64,000 bases of DNA, taken from the NCBI RefSeq assembly GCF_008831285.2, contig NC_045138.2, positions 40,362,001 to 40,426,000 on the forward strand. The letters are read 5' to 3'. The translations under genes were made by a program, and so were the position numbers. Below the pieces are notes generated by a model. It made no database searches, had not been told where the DNA came from, and worked only from the letters and a program-made list of their open reading frames with translations. The stretch comes from Nymphaea colorata (lineage: Eukaryota). Below, piece by piece: positions 28,001 through 41,463 of the stretch. Position 1 is the stretch's first letter. Every line of letters starts with the position of its first letter.

Positions 28001-28591
28001 AGCATTAGCTAACATCGAATCCGTTGCGATAAAGAATGAGAACATAAGCGTAGGGTTAACTAGTGCAACCCCGGATCTCCTTAAGCCCATTCTATTGATT
28101 TCTGGTTCAGGTTCTGGAGTGTTATCAGGTACTTGATTTATCTTCCATATGCATTACAACTAAGGCTCTCTTTCCTAGGAATACTGATTGTTGAGACTAG
28201 AATTAAGGGTGCGGTTGCATTATTAAGAGAATTTCTCTTTGTTTCTTGCAATTCTTTTACATTGTCTACATGAGAATGCAGTAGCCCCAATATAGTAATA
28301 AAGTTCTTGCGCTTTCGCTGAATTCTCATATGTGCTGCTGTACTCTACTGAGGACCAGATATGCCACTGCAATTTATATGATGAAATGTATCAATAAGTC
28401 ATGACAACTGTTCTTGCACTATGTCAAGGCTGAAAGAATTAAGCGTAAGTAGGACCTGGCTTCCAGCCACAAAATGAAAATTTCTTCTCAGCAAGATTGA
28501 GCTGTCAAATTGCAAAATGTTGCGTTTGATAGTTCTGTATGTGCTTTCCGAACCAACACTGCAAGCCATGATCTCTTTTATATACACTTAG

Positions 28592-28852
28592 TGCTAGGAA
28601 CAAGGCTATGTTTACACTCTGTTTAACGCACCAAGAGAATAGAAATCAGAAGAAGAGAAACTGAAAAAACACACAAAGGTTTACGTGGTTCGAAGACAAC
28701 GTTCTCCTACGTCCACAGCCACCACACAGAGCAGCTTTTCACTATCACAGCAAAATTACAGAGTACAAGCCAAATGGTGCCCATGAGATTAGGGCAAAAC
28801 CCACGAAGCTGAAAAATTATATAAAGTATGGATCAGGCTCCACACTCCAACA
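28592..28852 (-). mobile_element. Solo LTR (Copia-like), 261 bp
   Basis: Begins TG(CTAGGA) and ends (TCCAA)CA. Perfect 5 bp TSD CTTAG on both sides (28587-28591, 28853-28857). The internal TTTACGTGGTTCG...CCTACGTCCAC motif is typical of plant Copia LTRs. Confidence 0.85.
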
Positions 28853-31800
28853 CTTAGTAGGCCTAGTTTTGGGAAAGCAAGCGCCCACTTGGTTTAGGAT
28901 ATACGAAAATCTGAACCACTTTAAGTCACCGTTCCAAATTTTTGCTAAAATCTAAACAACTGACCTTGCTAAAGCAAAACAACAGCATATAATTGTGAAA
29001 AAGAGAACTGGTTATGGAGACCTAACCAACTGGTGCTATCAACTTTATGACTCAAAGTGGTACTAAATTATGCCAAATTCATATATGGGAAGATTCTCGC
29101 GATAGTCCAATCCCATACCAAAAACTGCTGTGAAGAGGCAAGTGCTGTTTTGAGAGAAGCTTTTCAAGAGAGCACACAGATACTGCACAAGTTTCTTTCT
29201 GATTTGGGTGTGTTCTCCAAAATGACAAGAGGACCCCTCCTGGCAAGAACTTCCAATTAATCTATCAGTGAAATATCAGAGCCCTCTGAGCAATTATCAC
29301 TTCCTTGACCAATTGTCAACTGACCTCTTCTTTTTAGGGTAATGACTCCTAGAGCTTAGGGGCCAATAAAATTATAGTGTTGTTGACAAAAGTTCTATAG
29401 ATTAGAGGCTTCAAAATTGTGGGGGACCGTCAATTTTGGCCTCTACACCTCTGATGTCTGCAGGCAATGGTGGGGGGCACACCTTGAAGGGCTTTCGGAG
29501 CTTGAGTCTGCTCCCTACTTTACTTTTTAGGGGGTAAGAATCAATAAAATCTGCCACTGTTGTTTAAAATATTTAATCGATCATTCACTGATGTTTAATG
29601 AGGGGAGAGGGACAAGGTGTATTTGTATTATGAAAAGATACCAGAAATAATCAACTGTTGCCACTATTTTTTTTGTGCGTGTGAAATTAACAACAAGGTA
29701 AAAAAAAAAAAAGGGTTCATTGACAGCTTTAAACGTGTGCACAAGATCCTAATAAACAGCCTTATGGAGCAATAAGAATGAAATGACAAACTGAAACTGA
29801 GAGATACTAGAACTTGAAGGAAAAGATGACAAATATAGGCACAGAGAGAACCAGATTCTTGAAAAACAGGAGCAAGGTTGAGTTTATATAATTGAAAGAG
29901 AAATGGTATCTCAGAAGCATGATAGAGAACTCACTCATGAAAAAGAAATGAATAAAATCTTCGAAAGTTTTTCTGTAGCTTGTGGCGGGTTTCAGAACTC
30001 TTTATTTTTTCTGTGCTGAAAACTTGTTTTGTGTATTTTTTTGGATGCAATAGTATGTGACACATAATCCTTTTTCCAATATGCCATGTCCCCATGATCT
30101 TTACTTTTCTATGTACAATAATCTTTTTACTGATAATATTTTGATAAGCCAGTAATCTAAAGACTAAAATAGAGCTTTAGTTCCACTATTGCACTTAGAA
30201 TACAGGCTATACAGCAATGGGCACATTCAAAATCAATCACATATATATGTGATGAAGTTGACGAGCATCAGTTAGTAAAATGAGCCGAACTTCCTAATCC
30301 TTCTTGTTCGGAAAAAACAACTAATCTTATCTATGAGCTTATGAGCTTCATAGTTTGCACTATCGGAGGATTTCAATCGATATAATTGAACCATCGTTTT
30401 CAAAGGCAGCTGGAGCAATATTTGGGGTGGCCACTATTGAGCTACTGCTAACTATCTTCGACAGGTGAACTGCTAAGAAGTAAGAATTATTAAAAGCAAA
30501 GGAATTTCATGTAGGATTAAGAGAGAGAAACACAGATTGGAATATACCACGGATGTAGAAACATAAAATGGCTAAGGGACTGGTTGCAATTAGGATCACA
30601 GCTCATTACTCATTAAAGTTGCCTCCATGACGTGATGTACAGTTTTATTAAATTATCCTAAAGATGCAGCACTTTTGTCACTTGGTGAACCAAGGACATC
30701 TGCATTTTTATCTGAAGTTTGACTCTGGACTTCTCTTTTGTATGCTCCAAAGCCAAAATGTGTGGCAGCAGAACTCTAAATATCAGCAAAAAATCAGGGT
30801 TAAGTACAATGGAAGGCCTAAGCTTTGTAAGAAATTTTAGTTTAAAAAAGCAGATGTCATACATTGGGGTTCATTTTTCAAACATGGAGGAGAAGAAGAG
30901 GACATAAAAGTCCAAATTATTTGCCGCTTTAAAACAGAATGCAGGCCTATGCTCACTTATTGCTCATTTGGAATAAAAAAGTATTATATGTCAATTCAGC
31001 TGAAACATATGAAGCAAGTGGTTAACAGAAAAACTAACGAGCTGTTATTTCCATAAACATCAAATTGCGTCTAAACTACAATATCATGTATGGATGGACC
31101 CTTCTTCTCTTTTGGATGAAGTAGGTCTAATATGTATCATCATTGATTCCGACTCGGAGAATGAAGAAAGAGAAAGCAAGGAAAGCAAGAGACGGTAGCT
31201 TGACATAATTTCACATGTGCTCCTATGCAGCCGTGTGTACTTTGATCCTAAGGTGAGCATTTGCAAAAGAAAACAGTAGACATGCTCATATTTTTTTCTT
31301 AGTATATGTCTTCAAGCAAGGATCTCTTTGTTCAAGTTCAACCTTAACATTATTAAAAAACTGAAGATGCAGAACTAATTTCAGTCCCATTAGGAGTCAC
31401 ACCCTTATTTTGACAATTAACCATATTTCTCAGATATTCAAATAGCAGAAAAAAGACATATTATGGAATTTCTTCTTCGCAAATGTTCTCATATCATTGA
31501 CTTACAAAAAGCATCAAAAGTCATATCCATCTGCAAGAACTTCACAAATATAAGGTTGTGTATGTGTTGTATAATGAAGTATTTTTGGCCTGTGCTTACT
31601 CGGACAAGAAAAACTGTACATGTTTGTTTGGGTTTTTAGAATTTCAAACCACATATATGTGGTCAAGGATCAGGCCTGGTCTGACTTGCCTTATACAACT
31701 TTGAACCAAAACAATGGGGGAATCCAAATACTCCTTGATGGTTGCCTGAAGATGCATTCAAGATAGTTCATAGGTCCTTTTGCATTTGATTTTCAATTTG

Positions 31801-33279
31801 CAGGATTTTACGTAGCCAATGAATTGGTATTTCTTCTGTCGTTTCAGAAAATTATAACCATTTTACAGAAAGAGCCAATAAATTGTAAGCTATTGCTGTC
31901 CTTTTTTGTGTGTATGGGTGCAATTACCTACATTTATACTGTACCTAGGATGGGGCACTGGGTGGATTGCTAGCTTTCTCATCTGACAAGAATACAGTCA
32001 GTTCTGGATTAATCTTAATGGCATTCTTAGCAGGATTTAAACTGAGATCTAATTTTAGGATCTCCTCTGTTTTCAACAAGTGTGAAGTAAAGAAGCATTG
32101 CCAGGGTCTAGACCTGCAACTCGCCTTGATGAGTTCCTGCTGTGCTCTAGATATACTGAAGCCGAATAATGAACAAAATCAGTGTCAACAAGGACTGAGT
32201 AATTTCAAATTTGTACACTTCAAAGATCCTTTTATAAAATGGTTATCCAGAGTCTGCTTCCAATTTACTTCTGGTTTGCATAGACCAGGGTTCAAGGTTT
32301 CCAGTCCAAGCACGTCCAAACAGCTAATGGTAAAATTTCTCCCTAGTGGGTCAGATCTTGTTCCCAACCTGATAGGTGGACCCAGTAGACTTATCAGGCT
32401 CAACTGCTGTGATCTTCGCGTCATTTGATCTAATGACTCCACACACTTGCTGCACAAAGCCAATCTGAACCCAATACCCAGCTAGGCACAGCTATGAATG
32501 CAGAGACAAGAGAGCTTATTAAGAGGGTTGTCCTTACAGAAAGAACAGCTAGGCCATTACACTAATAACGTAGATCCCAAATTTTTACTGTGTATGGGCG
32601 TCCAAAAAGTTGAATGCAGGCTTGGACTGGAGAACACAACATGTGACACAAAATTACGATCTGCTAGTGCTTTTGCATCATCACCATCTATCATAAAGAT
32701 CGACGGCAGCCAGTGGGACCACCAGTGATAATGTCGCAGGTGCCATCAGTGGGCTTCACTATTTGCATAGTGTATGATGGTGATGGATCTGCATACCAAG
32801 AGGTTGTTTAGGGGATGAATGTGATTGTTCATGGTTTCTCCAATATTTAGTGTTTGAATCCTAGTCAAAGCAACTATGGTCTTAGTAATGGTGCAAATGG
32901 AAGTTGTTTAAGAAGGTTGCAACGTGAATTCCTCCTGGAAACCTAGAAACAGAGGCTGGAAGCTAACTGGTTAATAAATGGCCAACTCTCTGCAACTGAT
33001 CACAAGAATTAAGCTGACTGTCCAACACAAGAATGACTGTGCCAAACAACAATAAATGGATTGCGGTTCTGCATGTCACTTGGTCCTTCTCCTTAGAGTG
33101 TAAGCTTCTCTCTGCTAATTCATCAGGCTGCAGAACTGTCCCCAAACTAGAGAACTGTGCATGGGGGGCCCAGGATTAGTCCAGTGACTGGTTCTGGCCT
33201 CTCACCATTGCAGCAAAGAAGGTTTAGCAAAAATTCATGGTAGGCTTCGGTAAAGAGCCAAAAAAATGATGGGTATTTC

Positions 33280-33321
<42 letters not shown>

Positions 33322-33685
33322 TAGTTTCAATTATATGAGAGACCACTAATGGTTCGTGCTCATACTGATTCAAAGTCATAAAGTCTAAGATTGACCGTTC
33401 AAACTTTTTGAGATTTCACAGAAGAGCCCGTAGCTTGTGCATAACGTGTGATTTGTTAGGTTCCTTCTTATTCTAAAAATTCCCCTTCTCCACCTCACTC
33501 TCCCCACTTAGGCTGCCAATGTCAGTTACGCGTCTCAGCACGCCACACTCGTTTAGTCTCTGTTTTCTCTCCCCATCTCTCCCACCCTCTCTTCCCTTTA
33601 AATATGGCTCCCCTCCCTCCCTTTCCCCTGCATCACTCTCTTCTGCACTACGAAATACAACACCACCTTCATTCTCCTCTTGGAA

Positions 33686-34325
33686 ATGTTCACGCCCATC
33701 TTCCCGTTTCTTCTTCTCCATCTCACCATTCTCATGATGGTCTCCCTCTCTTCTTGCTTCGCAGACCAACCCCACCAGGAAGCAAGCCTTCCTCTGCCCT
33801 TCCTCTCACCCGCCTCCGACCACGCCCATCTGAGGGACTTAGAAATCGATGGCAGCGTCGAATTCGACGATGTTCGGGCGGCCGGGACGGACTTCGGCCA
33901 CCTGCACACATCGGTGCCGTCGGCGGTCGTCCACCCGAAATCCGTGGCCGACGTCGCCAAGACGGTGCGGCTGGTTTTCGAGCTCGGCCAGTCGTCGAAC
34001 CTCACCATTGCGGCGCGGGGCCACGGCCACTCGCTGCAGGGGCAGGCTCAGGCCTCGGGCGGCATCGTGGTGAATATGGAGTCGTTGAAGTCGCCGGGAA
34101 TTCGTGTGGTCCGGGAGGGTGGGTCGGCGTTCGTGGAGGCCGCCGGTGGCGAGCTTTGGATTAACGTTCTGAATGAGACGCTGAAGCAGGGGCTAGCACC
34201 GAGGTCTTGGACAGATTATCTCTACCTCACCGTGGGCGGGACCCTCTCTAACGCTGGGGTTAGCGGCCAAGCCTTCCGCCATGGCCCACAGATCAGCAAT
34301 GTCCATCAGTTGGAGGTTGTTACAG
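33686..34325 (+). CDS. CKX: Cytokinin oxidase/dehydrogenase (CKX1/CKX6-like), exon 1
   Basis: ATG at 33686 with a hydrophobic signal/anchor. Contains DFGHL, the FAD-attachment motif ARGHGHSLQGQAQ, and LAPRSWTDYLYLTVGGTLSNAGVSGQAFRHGPQISNV. Donor G|GTAAA at 34326. Confidence 0.97.
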
Positions 34326-35634
34326 GTAAAACTCAAAAGAAGAAGAAAACTGAGCCCTCTCTCTCTCTCTTATTTCTCTCTTGGTGGTACAATCACGATG
34401 GGCATTTTCGTCATAAAAAGGTTCTCATGGTCAACTGACAGGTGCAATTTGGTCATTTGAGTTTTTTTTTTTTTTCCAATTCTAAGGAAACAACTCAATG
34501 GAGAGTCTGAGACGGGTGAATATCTTCTTCCACTCGTCCACACAAAAGCTTTTGAATCTCAAAAGGTCTTCGCTTCAAAGTATTAGTTTGAACAAATTAT
34601 GAAAAGAAAAACATGAAATAAAAATTGGGTGCCAAAAGTATTTTTGTTTTTTCCTTTTTCAATAAAAGCCGAGTTTTTATTTTATTTCAAAATTCTAGTG
34701 GTAAAGGGCAATTTTGTCAATCACATAAAAGAAAATTTCTTTGGTGGTTAGCGGTTAGTCACCACACAAGATCCTAGGCAGCAGCATCATGCGTTTTTAT
34801 CCCCAGTGTGCCGTTGGGTTGCAGCCGATCATGCTTGTCACAATATTTTCAAAAGCCAATCCATATAATGTAATTAAACAAGCACGATTTGATGCTCACA
34901 GTTTTTTTGAATCAGCTTTTGATTCCTCGGTTTGTGATCGTTTGTTGCATGGTCACATCTGCAACCAGCAATCACACGACCTCAAATTTTAATATAGATG
35001 TTTAAAAATGACGGCTTTATTATAAAGTCTAAACCTACCAAAAACTCGTTAAAACCTTCAGAATTCATAAGTAACAGAAAATGGTGTTCGATTTTCTAAA
35101 AAATATCAATATATAATTATATCTTGCACTTTTTCCAGTACACATCATATCTTATATGAATCACTAATGTCTTAAAATTTTGAGAAAACCAAAGTATTGA
35201 AAAATACCACCAGATCTATGCTTAGAGAGACTATCCTGAAAAATGAGATTTGTGATATACACATATGTGTGTGCATGTATGTATAGACTGTTTAATGAAA
35301 AAAGAACATAAGAAGAAGAAGGCGATGGGGGAGTGAGCAGTAAGCTTGATTTAGCTTATTGCACCTATTGCATGGTGTGCTTAATCTATTAGGGCCTGTT
35401 GATCCCACAAAGGATTTGCAGGGCCCACCTGCGATTTCTGGGGCCCCTTGGGGAACTATAGGTCGGCTAACCCCCAAATGGACGGTGCAGATCTTAGGAA
35501 CGTCCTTCTCGTTGAAGAATCTCAGACAAATCTTGATAGGCCCTATGGAGATGACAATTACTTCCTGATAAGGAGACCCAACCCATACTTTAATTCACAT
35601 TTTTAGAAGCATTCGTATAATTGAAATCTACGTG

Positions 35635-35710
<76 letters not shown>
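35635..35710. repeat. Compound (TA)n(TG)n(AG)n microsatellite in CKX intron 1
   Basis: Seen directly in the sequence. Confidence 0.95.
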
Positions 35711-35837
35711 AAAAAAGAGATGTCGCTGTTACATAAAAGCGAATTGAAGAATTAAACCAAATGGTCAGGTTGTGGGCAATTGATAGAGAAACGATGGGGA
35801 CGTAAATGGTATAAAATCTGACGATTGCTGCGTGCAG

Positions 35838-35965
35838 GAAGAGGAGAGGTGAAGATCTGCTCGGAGAAGGAGAATGCAGACCTATTTCATGGCGTTTTAG
35901 GTGGATTGGGCCAGTTCGGAATCATCACTCGAGCACGAATCATTCTGGAGCCCGCTCCCCAGTTG
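35838..35965 (+). CDS. CKX: Cytokinin dehydrogenase, exon 2
   Basis: TGCAG acceptor. Encodes [49 protein letters not shown] donor. 128 nt. Confidence 0.97.
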
Positions 35966-36474
35966 GTAAGAGAGACCTCTGTGTATCAATTTCAAGTGTT
36001 TCTCTCTCAAGCACCGAGATTGGTGTTCACCAACTTGGGAAGAAGCATTGCATCATCTTATGTTCTGTGACAATGTTTATGGTTTTGAGTTTTTCTTTTT
36101 CTCTGCTACTGCATGAGATGATTTTCCCGTTTTTTTTTTTTATTCCGGTGGTCTTCCGTGTCATAGAGTTCTTTTTCAAGTGGACCCATGCGTTCCCCAC
36201 TATCCCTGTTCAACCAAAAGAAATGTTTTCCAGAAAATCCTTCTGTCTTAATCAATAAATTGTTTTAAATAGATCAGGTTTTCGAGAAAATCCCGCAGTC
36301 TTGTTTTTCTGTATAAGTATAAATATGTAAAAACACAAACATGTAGGCGTGCACACACACACACACACAGAGACACGCACGCAACAAACGGGAAAGTGGG
36401 GATGTCATATTATCCCTGAATGTGCGCGATATAAATAGCAGGAGCTTGATGTTAATTGCCATGTGTTTGTGCAG

Positions 36475-36735
36475 GTGAAGTGGATCAGAGTTCTATACAC
36501 AGACTTTGCAGCATTTACAAGAGACCAGGAGATGTTGATATCTGAGGAGAACACTTTTGACTACATTGAGGGCTTCGTGATCATAAACAGGACGAGCGTA
36601 CTGAGCAACTGGAGGTCATCCTTCAATCCGAAAGACCCAGCTCAGGCCAGCCTCTTTGAGAGCCATGGCAAGACTCTCTTCTGCTTGGAGATGACCAAGA
36701 ACTTCAACCATGGAGACCTCGACTCCGTAAACCAG
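36475..36735 (+). CDS. CKX: Cytokinin dehydrogenase, exon 3
   Basis: TGCAG acceptor. Encodes VKWIRVLYTDFAAFTRDQEMLIS...FDYIEGFV...LFCLEMTKNF...VNQ. GTAGC donor. 261 nt. Confidence 0.97.
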
Positions 36736-36764
36736 GTAGCACAGGCAACCCCACTCCAAATTCA

Positions 36765-36768
<4 letters not shown>

Positions 36769-36821
<53 letters not shown>
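36769..36821. repeat. Compound (AT)n(AG)n microsatellite in CKX intron 3
   Basis: Seen directly in the sequence. Confidence 0.95.
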
Positions 36822-37862
36822 ATAGAGGAATATTGGGGAGGTCAAAAGAAAATGTTGGTTTTTGAACAGCATAAAGGTGAAACAGAGTCCATGGTTTGGA
36901 TGCATCTGTGAAACTGATCATACTAGGAATAAGCGAGATGCTTCCCTTTTTATCTTCCATGTCTCAACCAATAGTTTGTCAACACTAGTTAAAAAAGCTA
37001 GGAGCTGTGACAAAGAGATATCCCATATTTTCCATGTTCTAGATTGGTACGTGGTATGTTTTAAGTCCCGAAAACGAGATTTGGCAGGAGATGATTGGAT
37101 ATTTTGGAAAATTTCTAGGAACCTGAAACCCCACACCGAAAGATAAGCCACTACGGACCCCACGTCGTAACTAGTGATGCTTGTTCGTGAAAACGAAATG
37201 CATATTGGCTGCTTTATCTGTGAACATACTTGAACCGGGCAATAAGAGGAGTTAGTTCACCTTCTATCTTTAGCTGGTGAAACTGCCTCTGCATTCTAAT
37301 AAACGGTTCCATATGCCTAATCTTTTTCTTTCTAGATAATTCAGGAATTTTAGTTCTTGTTCTTTTCCAACTCATCAAGGAGCGAGGGACCTTTCATCTT
37401 GGGGATGCTTGTACGCGTGTTATGTCACGAGGACACCCATGTGAACTGTGTCTGGACACAATTCTGAGGCAAAAATTTTCGTTTTAAGGAAAGTTGGGAC
37501 ATGCGGGACATGAGTTTCCACTTGAAGGAAGTTGTTGTTTAGAATATAATTCAAATTTGGTAAACAAAGTTAGGCATGACAAATACCATCCTTGCATTTA
37601 TGTGATGGGGGCATGGAGTGGGAGTCATCTTAGTGTGACGACTAGACCTGTACCAGTGCCATTGTCAAGAGTCACTGTCACCAAGCATCAAAAGAGCAAC
37701 CAAGCAACTTATGTCGAATAAGTTTCAATTAGATACGATCATGGGTGGTCTTTTCCATGTCTCCTTTGTTAATTATTGATTACAGTAAGAAACCAGAACG
37801 AGAGAGAGAGAGAGAGATCTGTAACAAAACAGTGACCATGATCTTCCTGTTGGGTGTTGCAG

Positions 37863-38125
37863 GAAATTGACAGGTTGATGGCCAAGTTGAGCTTCATCCC
37901 TTCAACAGTGTTCATGTCGGAGGTGCCGTACGTCGACTTCCTTGATCGAGTCCATGCCTCGGAGGTGAAACTTCAAAGCCAGGGCCTGTGGGAAGTTCCA
38001 CACCCTTGGCTCAATCTGTTCATACCAAGATCCAAAATCCACCACTTTGCAAGGGAGGTGTTTGGCAAAATCATCACCGACAGCAGTAACGGGCCCATCC
38101 TTATCTATCCACTCAACAAGACCAG
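37863..38125 (+). CDS. CKX: Cytokinin dehydrogenase, exon 4
   Basis: TGCAG acceptor. Encodes [13 protein letters not shown]...YVDFLDRVH...[15 protein letters not shown]...[11 protein letters not shown] (PHPWLN motif). GTAAAC donor. 263 nt. Confidence 0.97.
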
Positions 38126-38199
38126 GTAAACTTAAGTACCCAGTTCCAACTTTTTCTCTGTCTTTTTTTTTTTTTTACAACTAGAAACATATAGAACTG

Positions 38200-38466
38200 T
38201 GTTTGGGTGCCATGAAGTCCTCAAAATTCTACTGTGTTTAGTTTAGTAGGAAATAAAAAATACGAGTCATTTGGTAATAGGGATATTTTGTATGTGTCCT
38301 ATGATATGAATCTGCTTGTAGATTGAGGTAGATTCATGTAACACTCCACTTTTTCATGAATCTGTCCAATCTTTTGAATTAGATGCATCAAATAGAGCAC
38401 TTACAAAGTGTCCCTATACCAAACAGCCTCTGGCAAGACATTTCGTGGTTTTCATGCTCCCAAACA
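38200..38466. mobile_element. Outer MITE in CKX intron 4, containing the 38263-38430 element
   Basis: Left end TGTTTGGGTGCCATGAAGTCCTCAAAAT matches the reverse complement of the right end, TGTTTGGGAGCATGAAAACCACGAAAT. Confidence 0.6.
38263..38430. mobile_element. Tourist-like MITE in CKX intron 4 (inner element of a nest)
   Basis: Ends GAGTCATTTGGTAATAGGGATATTTTGTA ... TACAAAGTGTCCCTATACCAAACAGCCTC form an inverted pair. Internal catgaatctg motif. Confidence 0.7.
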
Positions 38467-38971
38467 AGTAAACAGTTTTCTTAATAAAAATTGAGCTTCA
38501 AATGGTGGCTCTCGGCACCAACTCAGGCTAGTTGACTACCTTGAGTGATTGGCCATGGAATGTGGGATCTCCACTTACCTAACAGCATCAAAAATCAAAC
38601 ACTTCACCTGCCAACAAAGCCAAACTAACTATGAACCAGTCAAAAGTTCTGTTGACCCAGGTCAAACCTTCTATGCTTTTCTAAGATCTTCTTGCTTGTA
38701 TGCGACTTAACATCATACCCCACTGCCAATAACCCAAATATTCTGAGTCAGTTGGCTCATCAGTATGTGACACATGTTCCCTTGGCTTTGTAGCTCAAAA
38801 GTGAGCGAAGTGGGTTCACAATTTTGCATCTTATATTGAGTGACTATATGCGTGCATTCACACACACACATACATGTATACATGTGTAGATGCAAGCGCA
38901 TGACACATGCATTTATGCGTGACCACGTATGCGAAACACGTGTGCAAAAAACAGGCCTTCCTCTTCAAGCA

Positions 38972-39411
38972 TGTGACAAATGGCTAAACTTCAAGGAGAA
39001 GAAACAGTGACACTGGTGGGATTACATGGACGCCCACAATTGGACCGATGGATGGTATCCAAAATATTAAGGGCTTAAGAAAAGTAGGAAAATTTATGAC
39101 TACCTTTTGAAGACTTTGGACTCATAATAGGCTGCTGTCCACTGTTTAGAACGCTTGTTGGATGATATTACCCAACTCAAGAACACATGGTAGGAGAAAC
39201 CATGATCCCCATGCAACAGGCCCACATATTCCACCAAGCAGCAATGGAAAAGGTGATGCCCAAATGACGAAGAAAAGCTAATGGGGCAGTCAAAAGGAGG
39301 ACTACAAAAAAGACCCACTTGATGTGCCGACTTGCACTAGTGGGTGCATGGCTGGGCCTGACTGCATTGTGGGCCTGCCAGTATTGCTGCCTCCAATAAG
39401 AACGAGTCACA
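38972..39411. mobile_element. Possible old solo LTR in CKX intron 4
   Basis: TGTGAC...GTCACA inverted termini. Flanks AAGCA/ACTCA match at 3 of 5 positions. Confidence 0.3.
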
Positions 39412-39820
39412 ACTCATTCAAGTGAGTGTGTGGATCGAAAAAGTAGTCAGCATTTTGAATGAATAATTGATCGAGGGACACAAACCCGTCTCATGTTTTC
39501 TCTTCACTTTCATTTCCACTGTTCTTCCATAACACAAACAGACAAAAAATAAAAAAAAAATGCATATATCGTGATGATATTAGTATTTTATAACAATATA
39601 TATTGGCAACAAATCAGCTGGAGCATCACATGATGCCCACTTGTTGATGTGGACTTCTGAACGCTCTGTCTAAGAAAAACTTGCACCCTGGGGCTAAGCC
39701 TAGACCCACAAGTGCTAAGAGGCCAAGACCTAGCCTGGTCTAAGGATGGGCTCGGCGCGGGGACTTGATGGGAGTTGGTGAACGTCACTTACATATACAT
39801 GTCTCTCTAATTACCTGCAG

Positions 39821-40142
39821 ATGGGACGGTAGAACATCAGCAGTTACTCCGGAAGAGGACGTCTTCTACTTGGTGGCCTTCCTGTATTCTGCTTCGACAT
39901 CTCCCGAAGCGCCTAACAGTGTGAAGAACATCCAGTCCCTGAACAGAAGGGTGCTGAGGTTCTGTAAGAAATCTGGCGTGGGGATGAAGCAGTATCTCCC
40001 TCACTATGAGGTGCAGTCCGAGTGGAAGGCTCACTTCGGTGAGAAGTGGAAGCAGTTTGCTCAGAGAAAGATGACCTACGACCCTCTGGCCATCCTTGGT
40101 CCGGGACAGAGAATTTTCCAGAAGGCAAAGCCCTTCTCATGA
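39821..40142 (+). CDS. CKX: Cytokinin dehydrogenase, exon 5 (terminal)
   Basis: CTGCAG acceptor. Encodes WDGRTSAVTPEEDVFYLVAFL...KQYLPHY...W..HFG...YDPLAILGPGQRIFQKAKPFS* (HFG and PGQxIF motifs). Joined CDS is 1614 nt = 537 aa. Confidence 0.97.
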
Positions 40143-40270
40143 TCATGCTGTTATTTTATAATTTTTAGCTTCATTTCTGATGATAGGAAGCGTTTGTCTT
40201 ACATGTGTACATAAAATTAATGAAAATCAAAGCTTCTTCCAACTACTCATTTCTTCAGAACAATTTACAA

Positions 40271-40273
40271 ACA

Positions 40274-40319
<46 letters not shown>
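40271..40319. repeat. Compound (AC)n(AG)n microsatellite downstream of CKX stop
   Basis: Seen directly in the sequence. Confidence 0.95.
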
Positions 40320-40321
<2 letters not shown>

Positions 40322-41463
40322 TGTGAATTTCTTCCTCCAGGAATCTCACGTTCGAAGTTAGGTTTCATGCATGTGATGTAAGTTCTACAAAGGATCTCAC
40401 TGTGGTAAAAAGGAGTTCTTTACAGATAATATCATGTCACCGTTAGCTATATATTAGCCTTTGAAAATCTTATGATAAGATGTGAAAGTCAGAAAATATG
40501 CCGATCGATCCAATGGGACCAAAGAGTAACGAACGGGTGTTTTATATATGTGCTCTTTGTTCAGTAAAGTACCAACCAACAGAATACAGCAGTACCTCAA
40601 GCAAATAATGGATGCACGCGATAATATTCCCCACGTAGACCAAGCGGAAACTTTTAGTACCGTGAAAGATTGACGCAAGAATTACGTAATCATACTTCCC
40701 AGTTTCCCAGGCGATCCTTACAAGTTTTACTTTTTCCTCTTGGTTAAATTGCAAAAAGTTTTTACTGTTAGTTACCACAATCTAAGTCTTTTGTGACATA
40801 AAAAAGAAAGCGTCAGAGGGTTTCGTAGTTACTAGAGGAACAACCCATTAAATTTTATATCCAGTTTTCAACTAAAATTTTTTCTGAATGTATTGGTAAG
40901 ATCCAAAATCAAACCGACCAAGCAGATAAAAAAAATGAATTCGGTAAGAGAAAATGTGTCTAAACCCTTGGACTCAGTGTATGATTTAGGCGATCAAAAT
41001 TGAATGGGTGTGTCCGATCTGATCAAAATGGTACAAACGATCAATTAGTTGTATCTTACCCTGTCTGATTTGGATTTGGTTCCCAAAATCTATGTTGGAA
41101 CGGCAACCCAATTAAGGATGAAGCGACTAGGTCGAATCTGATGGATCTGACCCGAGTCCACATCATTTACACTTTCTATCTGTTGGAGCAATGATACCCT
41201 CATGGTTTTTTTTTTGTGATTGTGCAAATTAAACCTGGATGATGATCTGCGGAGTTAGCTAAACATGTTTGGTCGAGGGGCACTAAAACAAACTTAAACC
41301 ATTTATAGTAAAATTATTATGATTGAGGGACACGACACCGCAGATAAATAAGCAAAGCTTGAGGGGCACCTTTTATATAAATATGCAAATGTTGGGGTGA
41401 AACCCATAACTAAACAAAGAAATCTTGTCAGATTATTTGGGCAACTGCCACAGAAGTATTTTG

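Noticed and set aside
31967..32428. 153 aa ORF upstream of CKX (and 6616-7089, 157 aa)
   Set aside because: Non-ATG starts, no recognisable domain and no supporting splice structure.
33604..34164. 186 aa out-of-frame ORF and antisense ORFs overlapping CKX exon 1
   Set aside because: Shadow frames of a GC-rich coding exon. The ATG at 33604 directly abuts a TATA-like TTTAAATA, so it probably lies upstream of the TSS.
40840..41180. GATCC/TCCGA-rich hAT-like remnants (also ~5650-5850, 62022-62230)
   Set aside because: Likely decayed non-autonomous DNA transposons, but paired TIRs, TSDs and boundaries could not be established.
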